DNA of 46,788 nucleotides, from the IMG/VR virus record IMGVR_UViG_3300045119_000148, positions 1 through 46,788 of that record; one strand, written 5' to 3'. The position numbers and the translations under genes were made by a program. How positions within the stretch are numbered: the stretch's first letter is position 1; each line of letters begins with the position of its first letter. The notes below the pieces were generated by a model. It was not told the DNA's origin and made no database searches. It saw nothing but the letters and a program-made list of their open reading frames with translations. The stretch comes from a virus. Taxonomy: Duplodnaviria > Caudoviricetes. Positions 30,138 through 38,004 of the stretch are shown one piece after another.

Positions 30138-30726
30138 GCCCAAGCAGAAGACACCCATCGAACAGGCCATCGAAGCCATCCAAGCGGCACAGGCCAGAGG
30201 CGTCCCTCCGCCCACCAGCATCACCCTGAGCGAGGGTGCGATGGCGCAGGTACGCGACCTCGTCAAGAACTCACCCGTCGCTGGAACGGGCAGGGCGAAC
30301 ACCCTGCTGGGCGTGCCCATCAACGTGACCACGCAGCCGTCGGGTGGGCCATTGATGAAGGCGCACGAAGCGCAGAAGAAGCGAGCGGCTCAGGTGCAGG
30401 GCAGGCGCATCGAGGGGCTCGTCTTCGACGAGAGTGGGACGCAACTCCAGCGTGACCTCGAAGACTCCTTGTGGGCTCTGTCCACGCTGCACACGCCCTG
30501 CTTCACGAGGGGCGCACTCGCCAACCATGTGGGACCGGGACATATGGAGGGCGACTGGTACGTGAAGCATCTCTACGAGGAAGAGGTGCAACTGCTGTGC
30601 AAGTGCCGGATGATTTTGGTCATGGCACGTTGCCAGTTCGTGTGCCAAGGGCAGCCGTGTGAGGAACCAGCCTTCCCCAAGGAGGGAACCTTTCGCAGGG
30701 ACGTGAGGTGTTCTCAGCATGAGTGA
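30130..30726 (+). CDS. Hypothetical protein with Cys-rich C-terminus
   Basis: Overlaps both neighbours; CKC, CQFVC..C and CSQH motifs. Confidence 0.6.
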   Translation: MREPKQKTPIEQAIEAIQAAQARGVPPPTSITLSEGAMAQVRDLVKNSPVAGTGRANTLLGVPINVTTQPSGGPLMKAHEAQKKRAAQVQGRRIEGLVFDESGTQLQRDLEDSLWALSTLHTPCFTRGALANHVGPGHMEGDWYVKHLYEEEVQLLCKCRMILVMARCQFVCQGQPCEEPAFPKEGTFRRDVRCSQHE

Positions 30727-31084
30727 CGACAGCCCGCTGGTGTTCGCCGTCGATGCCAAGCACAGCATCCATGTCAAGCCGCCAGAGCGTCCGGTCTTTC
30801 AGAGTGCACCGGTCAGGAGTCGCATATCCAAGGCGCAGGAGGAGTACGACGCCAAGAGGCGTCCTCAGGCAGCGAAGTTGTACAGACTGCTTAGGGACTG
30901 TGCTGAGAAAGGTTCATCTTGGCGTGAGTGCTGGGCTCTCGGTGAGGGCAATGAGGGCTGGGATGTGGGACCAATCGTCATCTGGCTGCGCTCTAGGAGT
31001 GTGGACATCGAGGCGGTCTACGACCCTGTGCGTGGCGAGACGCGGTTCTACCTGAGGCTCGCTCAGGCTCGCAGTGGACGGTAA
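30719..31084 (+). CDS. Hypothetical protein, possible winged-helix DNA-binding protein
   Basis: The C-terminus (IVIWLRSRSVDIEAVYD..RFYL) resembles a helix followed by a wing. Confidence 0.5.
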   Translation: MSDDSPLVFAVDAKHSIHVKPPERPVFQSAPVRSRISKAQEEYDAKRRPQAAKLYRLLRDCAEKGSSWRECWALGEGNEGWDVGPIVIWLRSRSVDIEAVYDPVRGETRFYLRLAQARSGR

Positions 31085-31150
31085 CCCCTGAGTTACGGTT
31101 CCCCCCACCTCACGTTCTAGAGGGGCAGCGTTCCACACACACACTCGCTT

Positions 31151-31826
31151 GTCACCAAAGGTGGCGGGGGTGGGGATTGAGCGTCAGCGGAGTTTTTGGC
31201 CTCGGCGCGGAGTACATACACAGACCTCGGTCTGTGTATGTATGAGCGCACGGTGAGAGCAACAACGAAGTTGTTGCTCTCACATTCCCTCGTGCCGGAG
31301 CCTATGGCTATAGGCCCTTAGGGCCAATAGCCAATGGCCAATCGGCGATGGGGCTGACAGTCACCGGTAGCCTAGGGAGTCACGGCGACCAATGGACCAA
31401 GGTCCATAGGTCTATGCGCAGGTGCATCCAGTTCCAAGGAACTGGACGCCACGTGTGACTGAGTTCTAAGGAACTCAGTTCAGCCACTGACCGAAGCGGG
31501 GTCTGAAACCCCAGCACCATGTCTACCCCCTTTAGGGGTAGGTCGCCGAACCCTATGTGAGGGCAACACCGTAGGTGTTGAGGCTCTGCTTCCAAATCCT
31601 TCCAATCCTCATGTCATGTCAGTAGCGCCCACTTCCCTCAGGAAGTGGGCGCTACTGCACTGATACTCGGAGGACTACGTCCTCCGTAAGACTTTCGGTG
31701 AGACCAACAAGTGACAAGTCACTTGTCGCGCACATGACCCCAACTCACCCCCTCTGAAGACTACGTCTTCAGGACACTCAGTCCATCAGCCTCCCGCCAG
31801 CCCCCTGTTCTGAGACTACGTCTCAG
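31151..31826. repeat. Array of about 14 near-perfect short-loop palindromes (hairpins/cruciforms)
   Basis: Examples: 31213-31242 (14 bp), 31253-31283 (14 bp, GAA loop), 31427-31446, 31458-31479, 31564-31580 (GTA), 31620-31657 (17 bp), 31668-31686, 31707-31726, 31754-31772, 31810-31826. Confidence 0.9.
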
Positions 31827-31959
31827 GTCGTCGCCGACCGAAAGCCTCGCGCACGTCCCTGCTTGCACGAGAGTCGCGCACAACCCACCCTGCGCTCTTC
31901 GCCCGCGTGACTTTTGGGCGCGTGCATGAGTCGTTCCACGACTGGTACGCCCGTACACG

Positions 31960-32479
31960 TTGGTTGAGCCGTTGACGCCGACCTAGGGCAGCGGTTCCAG
32001 CCACCGACGGGCCACCGGCATGTTGCCGGACCGGGGACGGATGGAAACTCAGGCAAGGCAACGTTCGACCCGACACGAGGTCGCTGCTCGCAGTCCTTCG
32101 GACCGCAGAGCGCCGGGCAACGGACGTTCACCTACCTGACAGAGACGCGAAACACCCTTTGGGTGTTAGGAACCTCGACCGTGCCCACTGCGATAGCAGT
32201 GGGTCGCTGAAGAGGCCGTGGGACATGCCGCCCCCTGACGTAAGTCAGGGCGCTGCCCGGTGAGAGTGCCGGGCGGTCGGAGTCTGCGCCACGGTCGTCA
32301 GACCGTCATGTGAGATGTATGGGTCTTCCGTAGGAAGGGAGAACCGCAAGCCTCGCCGGTTACTGACAGGGTCACGGGTACACCGACATCGAAGATGCCA
32401 CGTCATCCGTGGAAGTAGCGCCAGCAAGTGTGCTGTCCGGTCTGTAAGACCAGACAGATGCGTCACACGAGGCTGCCTC
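31960..32479 (+). ncRNA. Putative large structured non-coding RNA, class unassigned
   Basis: Nested long-range stems, G-U pairs that work on the plus strand, UUCG/GCAA/GUAA loops and no credible ORF. The 5' boundary is uncertain. Confidence 0.6.
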
Positions 32480-32554
32480 AGGGCTCCAGTCCCCACCAAA
32501 GGTGGGGCGAACCCTCTGACGATGACCTCGGGGACGGGGTCGAAAGGGAACCTT
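32469..32554 (+). ncRNA. Type III hammerhead ribozyme-like motif (predicted cleavage after C32479)
   Basis: CUC at 32477-79; stem I AGGG/CCCU; core CUGACGA at 32516-22 plus one inserted U; stem II GACCUCG-GGGA-CGGGGUC; GAAA at 32542-45; stem III CCU/AGG extended by GAGG/CCUU. Confidence 0.6.
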
Positions 32555-32557
32555 TCG

Positions 32558-32797
32558 ATGGCAACGCTCACCGCCGAGTCCTTCGCCGCTGCTGAAGCAG
32601 CGTGGCTCGCCACCAAACCCTGCACGGTCCCTTCGGGACACCGCGCCGGTTTCATGGGGTTCTGCTCTCACTGTGAGACAGATGTCCTCTTCGAGGACAG
32701 CCCGGAGTACGAGGCTCTGTTCCCCGATGCCGACCAGCCCGGCTGTAAGCCGGGTTGCAAGGGACCGAACCCTTGCGGAGAGACCTGCGACATCTGA
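32558..32797 (+). CDS. 79-aa Cys-rich (putative metal-binding) early protein
   Basis: MATLTAESF..C..H..CSHC..CKPGC..C..C. The putative RBS AAAGGG lies within a hairpin, and a 9-bp hairpin (32794-32814) follows the gene. Confidence 0.6.
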   Translation: MATLTAESFAAAEAAWLATKPCTVPSGHRAGFMGFCSHCETDVLFEDSPEYEALFPDADQPGCKPGCKGPNPCGETCDI

Positions 32798-32847
32798 AGC
32801 CCCATAGGGCTTCAGCACACACCCCCATCCCTTCAGGAGGACACGAA

Positions 32848-32937
32848 GTGTCTCAGTGCGAAAGGTCGGACTGCAATCCGGCGACCTGTCCCCATTCCTC
32901 TCACCGCCGACCCAAAGGGTCGAAGCGCACCCACTAG
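32848..32937 (+). CDS. 29-aa Cys/His micro-protein (not separately listed in the ORF track)
   Basis: RBS AGGAGG, GTG start; MSQCERSDCNPATCPHSSHRRPKGSKRTH. Confidence 0.5.
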   Translation: MSQCERSDCNPATCPHSSHRRPKGSKRTH

Positions 32938-32991
32938 CCGAAGGCTAGTCCAACCCTCTGGATTGGCCCCTTAGGGGCCAACGTAGAGCGT

Positions 32992-33042
32992 TTGACTCGC
33001 TCTTGGTGCCACTGGTACAGTGGTGCTATCAATCCCCATCCC
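32992..33042 (+). promoter_or_regulatory. Sigma70-type early promoter with conserved leader
   Basis: TTGACT-18 bp-TACAGT with an extended TG, then 6 nt, then ATCAATCCCCATCCC. Confidence 0.65.
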
Positions 33043-33070
33043 ATTGCCCTAAAGGGCAGAAAGGAACGGC

Positions 33071-34561
33071 ATGGCGAACATCGCCAAACTGCCTGACGGC
33101 ATAGCCGTCGCAGCGAACCCTCCCGGCATGGTGGTGCCCTACGGGCCACACCTGACGGCGGCGTTCGAGGCGACGACCGGCTATGCCATTCTGGCGAAGC
33201 CAGATGGCACGGCTCTGGCCAAGATTGGTGTGACCAATCGGCCTCTCGTTCAACTCGTAGAGTTGGACCCCATCACGGTTCCCTATGTGAACCGGTTCAT
33301 CAGCCCTTCGGGGCTGGTCATCATCAAGGACTGGCGGACCGGGCTCTACCGGACCAAGGTCCGGCGTGGTGGCAAGGCCAAGCGGGCACTGCCTCTGGCA
33401 GTGGTCACGGAGACGCCCAAGGCGGCTTCAACGCACACTGCAGCACCGAAGGTGCAGCAGGACGCACCGAAGATGTCGGCTGGTGCCGTCATCACCGTCA
33501 GTGGCGATACGGAGTATCGCTCGACAATCCCCGGCATGGTCATGCTCCCCAAGGTCACCCTGAAGGGTGCCGGACGGGGCAACACGGACTGTGGCGGCAT
33601 CATCCTGCCCACAGAACAGTTCACTGTTCTGGAAGATGCGTGGCACCTTGCACAGCAGGGAGACCCTGCTGCGGTGCTGCTGACCGGTCCCGCAGGGACC
33701 GCCAAGACGATGCTCGTCAGAGCATTCGCCGCTTATCTCGGTGTCCCCTACCTGAAGGTAGACGCCGGGGCCGTTCGGACTGCCGACGATTGGGCCGGTG
33801 CCTTTAGGCAAGACCCCAACACGAAGACGTGGGCTCACCGCTGGTCGCCTTTGGCGATGGCTCTGCGTGAGGGCAAGCCATGCGTCCTGCACATCGACGA
33901 ACTCACCCGCACAGAGACCCCCGCTGCGCTCAACGCCTTCATGGGTCTGCTCGACGAGACAGGGACCCTGTTGGTCCCTGATGCCAATGCCGTCCTGACA
34001 ATGCCGAAGGGCATTCTGGTGGTGGCAACGGCCAACATCGGGCCAGAGTTCGTCGGAACTCTGCCTCTGGACGGTGCAGTCCGGCAGCGGTTCCCCTACG
34101 GGGTTCGCATGGCCAATCCCAGTGAGGCCAATGAGTCGAAACTCATTGTCAAGCGAACCGGGGTCAGCGACGAAGTCGCTGTGGCTCTGGTCCGCATGGC
34201 CAATCAGCAGCGGCAGCATCGGGACGATGCTCAGCAGTACCCGTCCGGGGCCATCATCAGCACTCGTATCCTGCTTAGCATCGCTAAGCGGATTGCGGTC
34301 CGCCACGCTGACCCCCGCGAGGCTGTCATCTCTGTCCTGCAAGGACAGTTCGACCCCGGCGACGACGCCGCTCTCACCGTGGTCATCGACTCGCAGTTTC
34401 CGAAGAAGCCGGTGGCTACGCCACCGGTGGCTGCCGGTGCTGCCTCGATTGTGACGGAACGTCACTGGTTCAACGGCTCGGGCCCGGCTTGCGCTTACGT
34501 GCTGAGCAACGGCACCACTTGTGGTGCCCCGGCCAAGAGCCCTATCCACTTCGGCTCCTGA
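33071..34561 (+). CDS. MoxR/CobS-like AAA+ ATPase with N-terminal extension
   Basis: Walker A GPAGTAKT, Walker B LHIDELTR, sensor VATAN, arginine finger LDGAVRQRF, and ISTR. Confidence 0.9.
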   Translation: MANIAKLPDGIAVAANPPGMVVPYGPHLTAAFEATTGYAILAKPDGTALAKIGVTNRPLVQLVELDPITVPYVNRFISPSGLVIIKDWRTGLYRTKVRRGGKAKRALPLAVVTETPKAASTHTAAPKVQQDAPKMSAGAVITVSGDTEYRSTIPGMVMLPKVTLKGAGRGNTDCGGIILPTEQFTVLEDAWHLAQQGDPAAVLLTGPAGTAKTMLVRAFAAYLGVPYLKVDAGAVRTADDWAGAFRQDPNTKTWAHRWSPLAMALREGKPCVLHIDELTRTETPAALNAFMGLLDETGTLLVPDANAVLTMPKGILVVATANIGPEFVGTLPLDGAVRQRFPYGVRMANPSEANESKLIVKRTGVSDEVAVALVRMANQQRQHRDDAQQYPSGAIISTRILLSIAKRIAVRHADPREAVISVLQGQFDPGDDAALTVVIDSQFPKKPVATPPVAAGAASIVTERHWFNGSGPACAYVLSNGTTCGAPAKSPIHFGS

Positions 34562-34574
34562 AAGGAGAGCGACA

Positions 34575-35909
34575 ATGGACCTAGAGGTCTTCGACCTCAA
34601 ACTCGGGAAGGGTGCCACGGTGCCCTACATGACCGACGAGTCCAGAGGACTCGTGGCAGTGAAACTGCTGGACGCAGTCCAGACAATCGCTGATGTCCTC
34701 ACCGTCAACGACGGTGGCAAGGGCTGGACGGTGACGTTCGACCCCGGCCTCAACGCCTACACCGACCGCTCGGCCAACCGCAGCATCGTCGTCAGTGGCA
34801 AGCCACTGTTCGACGCCAAGCCGGGGACCCCGCTGGTGGACGTAGCGAAGGTGATGAGTGGGTTCGTGGTCCACGAAGTGGGCCACACCGGACTCGACTT
34901 CTTCACGGCGGTCAAAGACCGCTGGCCGGGCAAGACTCTTCCCCTCACATTGGCCAACATCATCGAGGACGTAGTCCTCGAACTCAGGACGGTGGACCGC
35001 TATCGCGGCTTCGCCGACCACGGTGACGGCAACATCTTCCGCCCCACTCTAGAGTGGGTCGCCGAGAAGACCTCACCGAAGACTCCACTGAAGTGGAGCG
35101 GCTCGACCGGCCACAAGGTCAACGTCACCGGCCAGATTGTCCGCTACCGAGACTTCGTCTCGTTCGACACCGACGAGGTCACCCAGACCCACCTTCGGTG
35201 GGTCGAGGACGAGTGGATGCCGGGTATCACCATCGACCTGACACCCGAAGGGTGTGTCGCCCTCATCGAGCGATGGCTCGACCACGTCATGGCGACCAAG
35301 CAGATGGACGAGCCCACCCCCGAACCCCCGAAGCCGCCGACCACCGATGGTGGTACCGGCTCCGACCAGACCCTCCCGAACGAGGACGAGGACGAGGGCA
35401 AGGGCAGTGGCGAGGGTGGCGACACCGAAGGTGAGGACGGCGACGGTGAGGGCAATCCCGGCGGTGGTGACACCGAAGGTGATGACTCCGACGACGACGA
35501 CTCCACCGAAGGTGGTGGCGACTCCGACGACGACGGCGAGGACGGAACCTCCGGCTCCGAAGACGGCGACGAAGACGGCGAAGGTGGCCAGCCCGGTGAT
35601 GACGGTGACGGAACGTCCCGTTCCGGTGATGGCAACGATGCCGACACCATGAACCGGGTCGATGCTCCGAAGGGAGCAAACGACGGACCGGGCAAAGGTG
35701 GAAGCGGACAGGCGGTGGCCGAGGCTGCCGACGAGAACGAAGTTCTCGACGACTTCGAGCCCGATGACCTCACCGACTCGTTCGACGAGACGGCGAAGCC
35801 GGAAGGCCAGTACGAGCAGCGCCGCCTCAACGAGGCGGAGCAGATGGAGCGCGTCACCACTCGGGTGGACGCCGGTGCATTCGGGAAGATGCGAGTCGTC
35901 TTCAAGTAG
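34575..35909 (+). CDS. CobT N-terminal-like protein with HExxH metallopeptidase motif and acidic linker
   Basis: RBS AAGGAG; HEVGH..ANIIED, followed by a long D/E/G-rich linker. Confidence 0.75.
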   Translation: MDLEVFDLKLGKGATVPYMTDESRGLVAVKLLDAVQTIADVLTVNDGGKGWTVTFDPGLNAYTDRSANRSIVVSGKPLFDAKPGTPLVDVAKVMSGFVVHEVGHTGLDFFTAVKDRWPGKTLPLTLANIIEDVVLELRTVDRYRGFADHGDGNIFRPTLEWVAEKTSPKTPLKWSGSTGHKVNVTGQIVRYRDFVSFDTDEVTQTHLRWVEDEWMPGITIDLTPEGCVALIERWLDHVMATKQMDEPTPEPPKPPTTDGGTGSDQTLPNEDEDEGKGSGEGGDTEGEDGDGEGNPGGGDTEGDDSDDDDSTEGGGDSDDDGEDGTSGSEDGDEDGEGGQPGDDGDGTSRSGDGNDADTMNRVDAPKGANDGPGKGGSGQAVAEAADENEVLDDFEPDDLTDSFDETAKPEGQYEQRRLNEAEQMERVTTRVDAGAFGKMRVVFK

Positions 35910-35939
35910 CCCTCACCGAAGGTGAGAGAAAGGAGAACC

Positions 35940-36749
35940 GTGGCAAGGAAAGAGCGGGACCGGTCCACTGAAGTGGTCCGGTATGAGAGCCGCAAGCCGT
36001 ACATCAATGCCGCCACAGCGGCTGGCATCCAGACCGTGTTCAACAGAACACGGCTCAGCCACCAGACATGGGAGTCCCGTCAGTTGACGGGGCGTCTCGA
36101 TGGTCGGGTGGCATGGCGCAACGATGCTCGCGGCAGCATCGACATCTTCCGTGAACGGAAGCAGCCCTCGCCGACCCGGCTCGACGTTCACATCCTCGTG
36201 GACAGCAGCGGGTCGATGAGCGGGGACCGTATCTGCAGGGCGCAGGACATGGCGGGAACCTTGGTGGATGCGTTCAAGCGCATCCCCACGGTCCGGGTCC
36301 ACGTCTACCAGCACTTCGCCAACAGCGGGGTGACGGAAATCCACCGGGTTTATGAACCCGGTGACAGCCTCGACGGGCTCAATCACATGCCGGAACTCAT
36401 TGCCGGTGGCAATGCCGACGGGTTCGCACTGGAAGCCGTCGGGATGCGTGCCGCTTCGATGAAGCGGCCCGACTGGAAGTCGCTCGTCATCATGGTGTCC
36501 GACGGCTTGCCGTCGGTGAGCGGGGTGGGAGCAACGGCCAACATCCTCGACCACTCGGTCATGGTGACCGCGAACCTGAAGCGCAAGGGCGTGCAGGTCA
36601 TGGCGGTAGCCATCGCTGGTGACAACGCGGCTCACGAGTACATGTACGGGAAGGGTTCGTCGGTCCTGTTCACCGGTGACTGGAACGAACTCAACCGCTC
36701 CTTCGGAGCGGTGTTCGGCAAGGTGCTGTCAACGGCGAAGGTGGTGTGA
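35940..36749 (+). CDS. von Willebrand factor A domain protein (CobT C-terminal-like)
   Basis: RBS AAAGGAG; TGRLD, MIDAS motif ILVDSSGSM, GNADG and MVSDGLP. Confidence 0.9.
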   Translation: MARKERDRSTEVVRYESRKPYINAATAAGIQTVFNRTRLSHQTWESRQLTGRLDGRVAWRNDARGSIDIFRERKQPSPTRLDVHILVDSSGSMSGDRICRAQDMAGTLVDAFKRIPTVRVHVYQHFANSGVTEIHRVYEPGDSLDGLNHMPELIAGGNADGFALEAVGMRAASMKRPDWKSLVIMVSDGLPSVSGVGATANILDHSVMVTANLKRKGVQVMAVAIAGDNAAHEYMYGKGSSVLFTGDWNELNRSFGAVFGKVLSTAKVV

Positions 36750-36910
36750 TGAACCCCGACTTCACCCGCTACGACGAGGGGGTCCCGGTCAAGGACCGGA
36801 CCCCCAAGTTGGCCGCACGAAAGGGCCGGATGAAACTCAATGGTCGCAGCCTGAAGAGGCTGCTCAACGAACGTGCCGCCAAGGCACAGAGAGGCAACCC
36901 ATCCCGATGA
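36749..36910 (+). CDS. 53-aa basic hypothetical protein
   Basis: TGATG overlap with the vWA gene; MNPDFTRYDEG..RGNPSR. Confidence 0.55.
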   Translation: MNPDFTRYDEGVPVKDRTPKLAARKGRMKLNGRSLKRLLNERAAKAQRGNPSR

Positions 36911-37083
36911 ACACCAAGGCGGTCGTCGCCGCCATCGTTGGGACCCAGTTGATACTGGGTCTCATCCTCATTCTCATCCTCATCACCGTCGGCAATCAGG
37001 GAAAGACAAGTGTCTTCCCCTGCTACCAGTCGGACGGGAAAGGTGGGTTCGCATACTCGCCCATCTGCACGAGCCAGCCGTGA
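36907..37083 (+). CDS. 58-aa single-TM membrane protein
   Basis: ATGA overlap; hydrophobic stretch LILGLILILILITV. Confidence 0.6.
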   Translation: MNTKAVVAAIVGTQLILGLILILILITVGNQGKTSVFPCYQSDGKGGFAYSPICTSQP

Positions 37084-37361
37084 GCCCTCGTCGATGGCGA
37101 AAGCCATTGCCCCCACCACCAGTGGCCGAAGGCCAGACCGAGGCATTCGATGCCGACGGCTTTGACCTGATGGACCCGAAGCCCGAGGTCGAATACATGT
37201 GCCGGGAGTGTTACTCCCGGCGCATCGTGGGACCAATCACCAAGACTGTTGACCCTCGTTGGGTCGGCGGTACCTGTCTGGACTGCGGCGAACGAGTCAT
37301 CGCCAACGTCCGCCCCATCCCGAAGGAGGTCACCAAGGGTGACGACACCGACCAAGGCTGA
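37080..37361 (+). CDS. Zinc-ribbon protein (93 aa)
   Basis: GTGA overlap; CREC..CLDC. Confidence 0.6.
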   Translation: MSPRRWRKPLPPPPVAEGQTEAFDADGFDLMDPKPEVEYMCRECYSRRIVGPITKTVDPRWVGGTCLDCGERVIANVRPIPKEVTKGDDTDQG

Positions 37362-38004
37362 ACAAGCAGCCGACCTCGACCGCTTCGTAGAAGAGGGTCG
37401 AGAAGCAGCAGCACGGGCCACGGTCCTGATGGACCGTGACCCGAAACTCCCGTACATCAGCGCCTACATCATCGCCCGCGACATGATGGGCAGTGACCGG
37501 TCACTGCAGTGGATGCGCGAGGGCATGGAGTGGGACGAAGCCGAACGGTGGTGCGGTTCCTACGGACGGCTCGACCTCAGGGTCAGAGCCCTCGAAGAGG
37601 GGCTCATCACCGAGGTTCAGGCGTACGAGGGGCTGGCCTCGGCTTGGTCACACAGTGACCCCGACGACACCGACCCCCGGTTCCTCACCCTGTGGGTGGA
37701 AGCGTTCGCTGCCAACAGGCAGCGGTACCTTCGGGACCACACCGACAAGCGACTGCCGAACGGCAGTCGGCTGACCATCTATCGCGGTCAGGACGAGGAC
37801 CAGTCCTTCGGACTGTCGTGGTCGCTGAACCGCAAGACGGCGGAGAAGTTCGCCAACGGTGCCGCCACCCGTGAGGCCAACCGTGGTGGTGTGGTCTACA
37901 CGGCGGTCGTTGACCGCCGCGATGTCATGGGCTACATGCCCGGACGTGGTGAGGCCGAGGTCATCGTGAACCCTGACGATGTCAGGGATGCAGGGCTCCG
38001 ATGA
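37339..38004 (+). CDS. ADP-ribosyltransferase-fold protein (R-S-E type)
   Basis: RBS AAGGAGG; TIYRG, GLSWSLNRKTAEKFA and RGEAEVIV. Confidence 0.65.
   Translation: MTTPTKAEQAADLDRFVEEGREAAARATVLMDRDPKLPYISAYIIARDMMGSDRSLQWMREGMEWDEAERWCGSYGRLDLRVRALEEGLITEVQAYEGLASAWSHSDPDDTDPRFLTLWVEAFAANRQRYLRDHTDKRLPNGSRLTIYRGQDEDQSFGLSWSLNRKTAEKFANGAATREANRGGVVYTAVVDRRDVMGYMPGRGEAEVIVNPDDVRDAGLR

Noticed and set aside
31151-31826. CRISPR array or a series of intrinsic terminators
   Set aside because: The palindromes do not share a repeat sequence or regular spacing, no cas genes are present, and U-tracts are absent.
31966-31997. Group II intron domain V look-alike (GAGCCG..CGGTTC)
   Set aside because: The bulge is on the wrong strand, the loop is not GNRA, and there is no domain VI, RT gene or interrupted exon.
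32126-32173. Second hammerhead-like motif CTGACAGA-GACGC-GAAAC..GTT
   Set aside because: It has an extra core nucleotide, a one-base-pair stem II and no pair adjacent to C3. The same bases fit the long-range helix with 32049-58 better.
32207-32235. CTGAAGAG hammerhead half-core
   Set aside because: No GAAA follows the candidate stem II.
32140-32465. Group I intron R/S-like elements (CAGAGACG..ATGCGTC) and a pistol-like CCACG/CGTGG stem
   Set aside because: I could not find P3/P4 or the required pseudoknot and conserved residues, and no host gene is interrupted.
33071-36749. Cobalamin biosynthesis (cobS/cobT) as auxiliary metabolic genes
   Set aside because: There is no cobN or other cob gene. 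The motifs support only a generic MoxR-vWA module.
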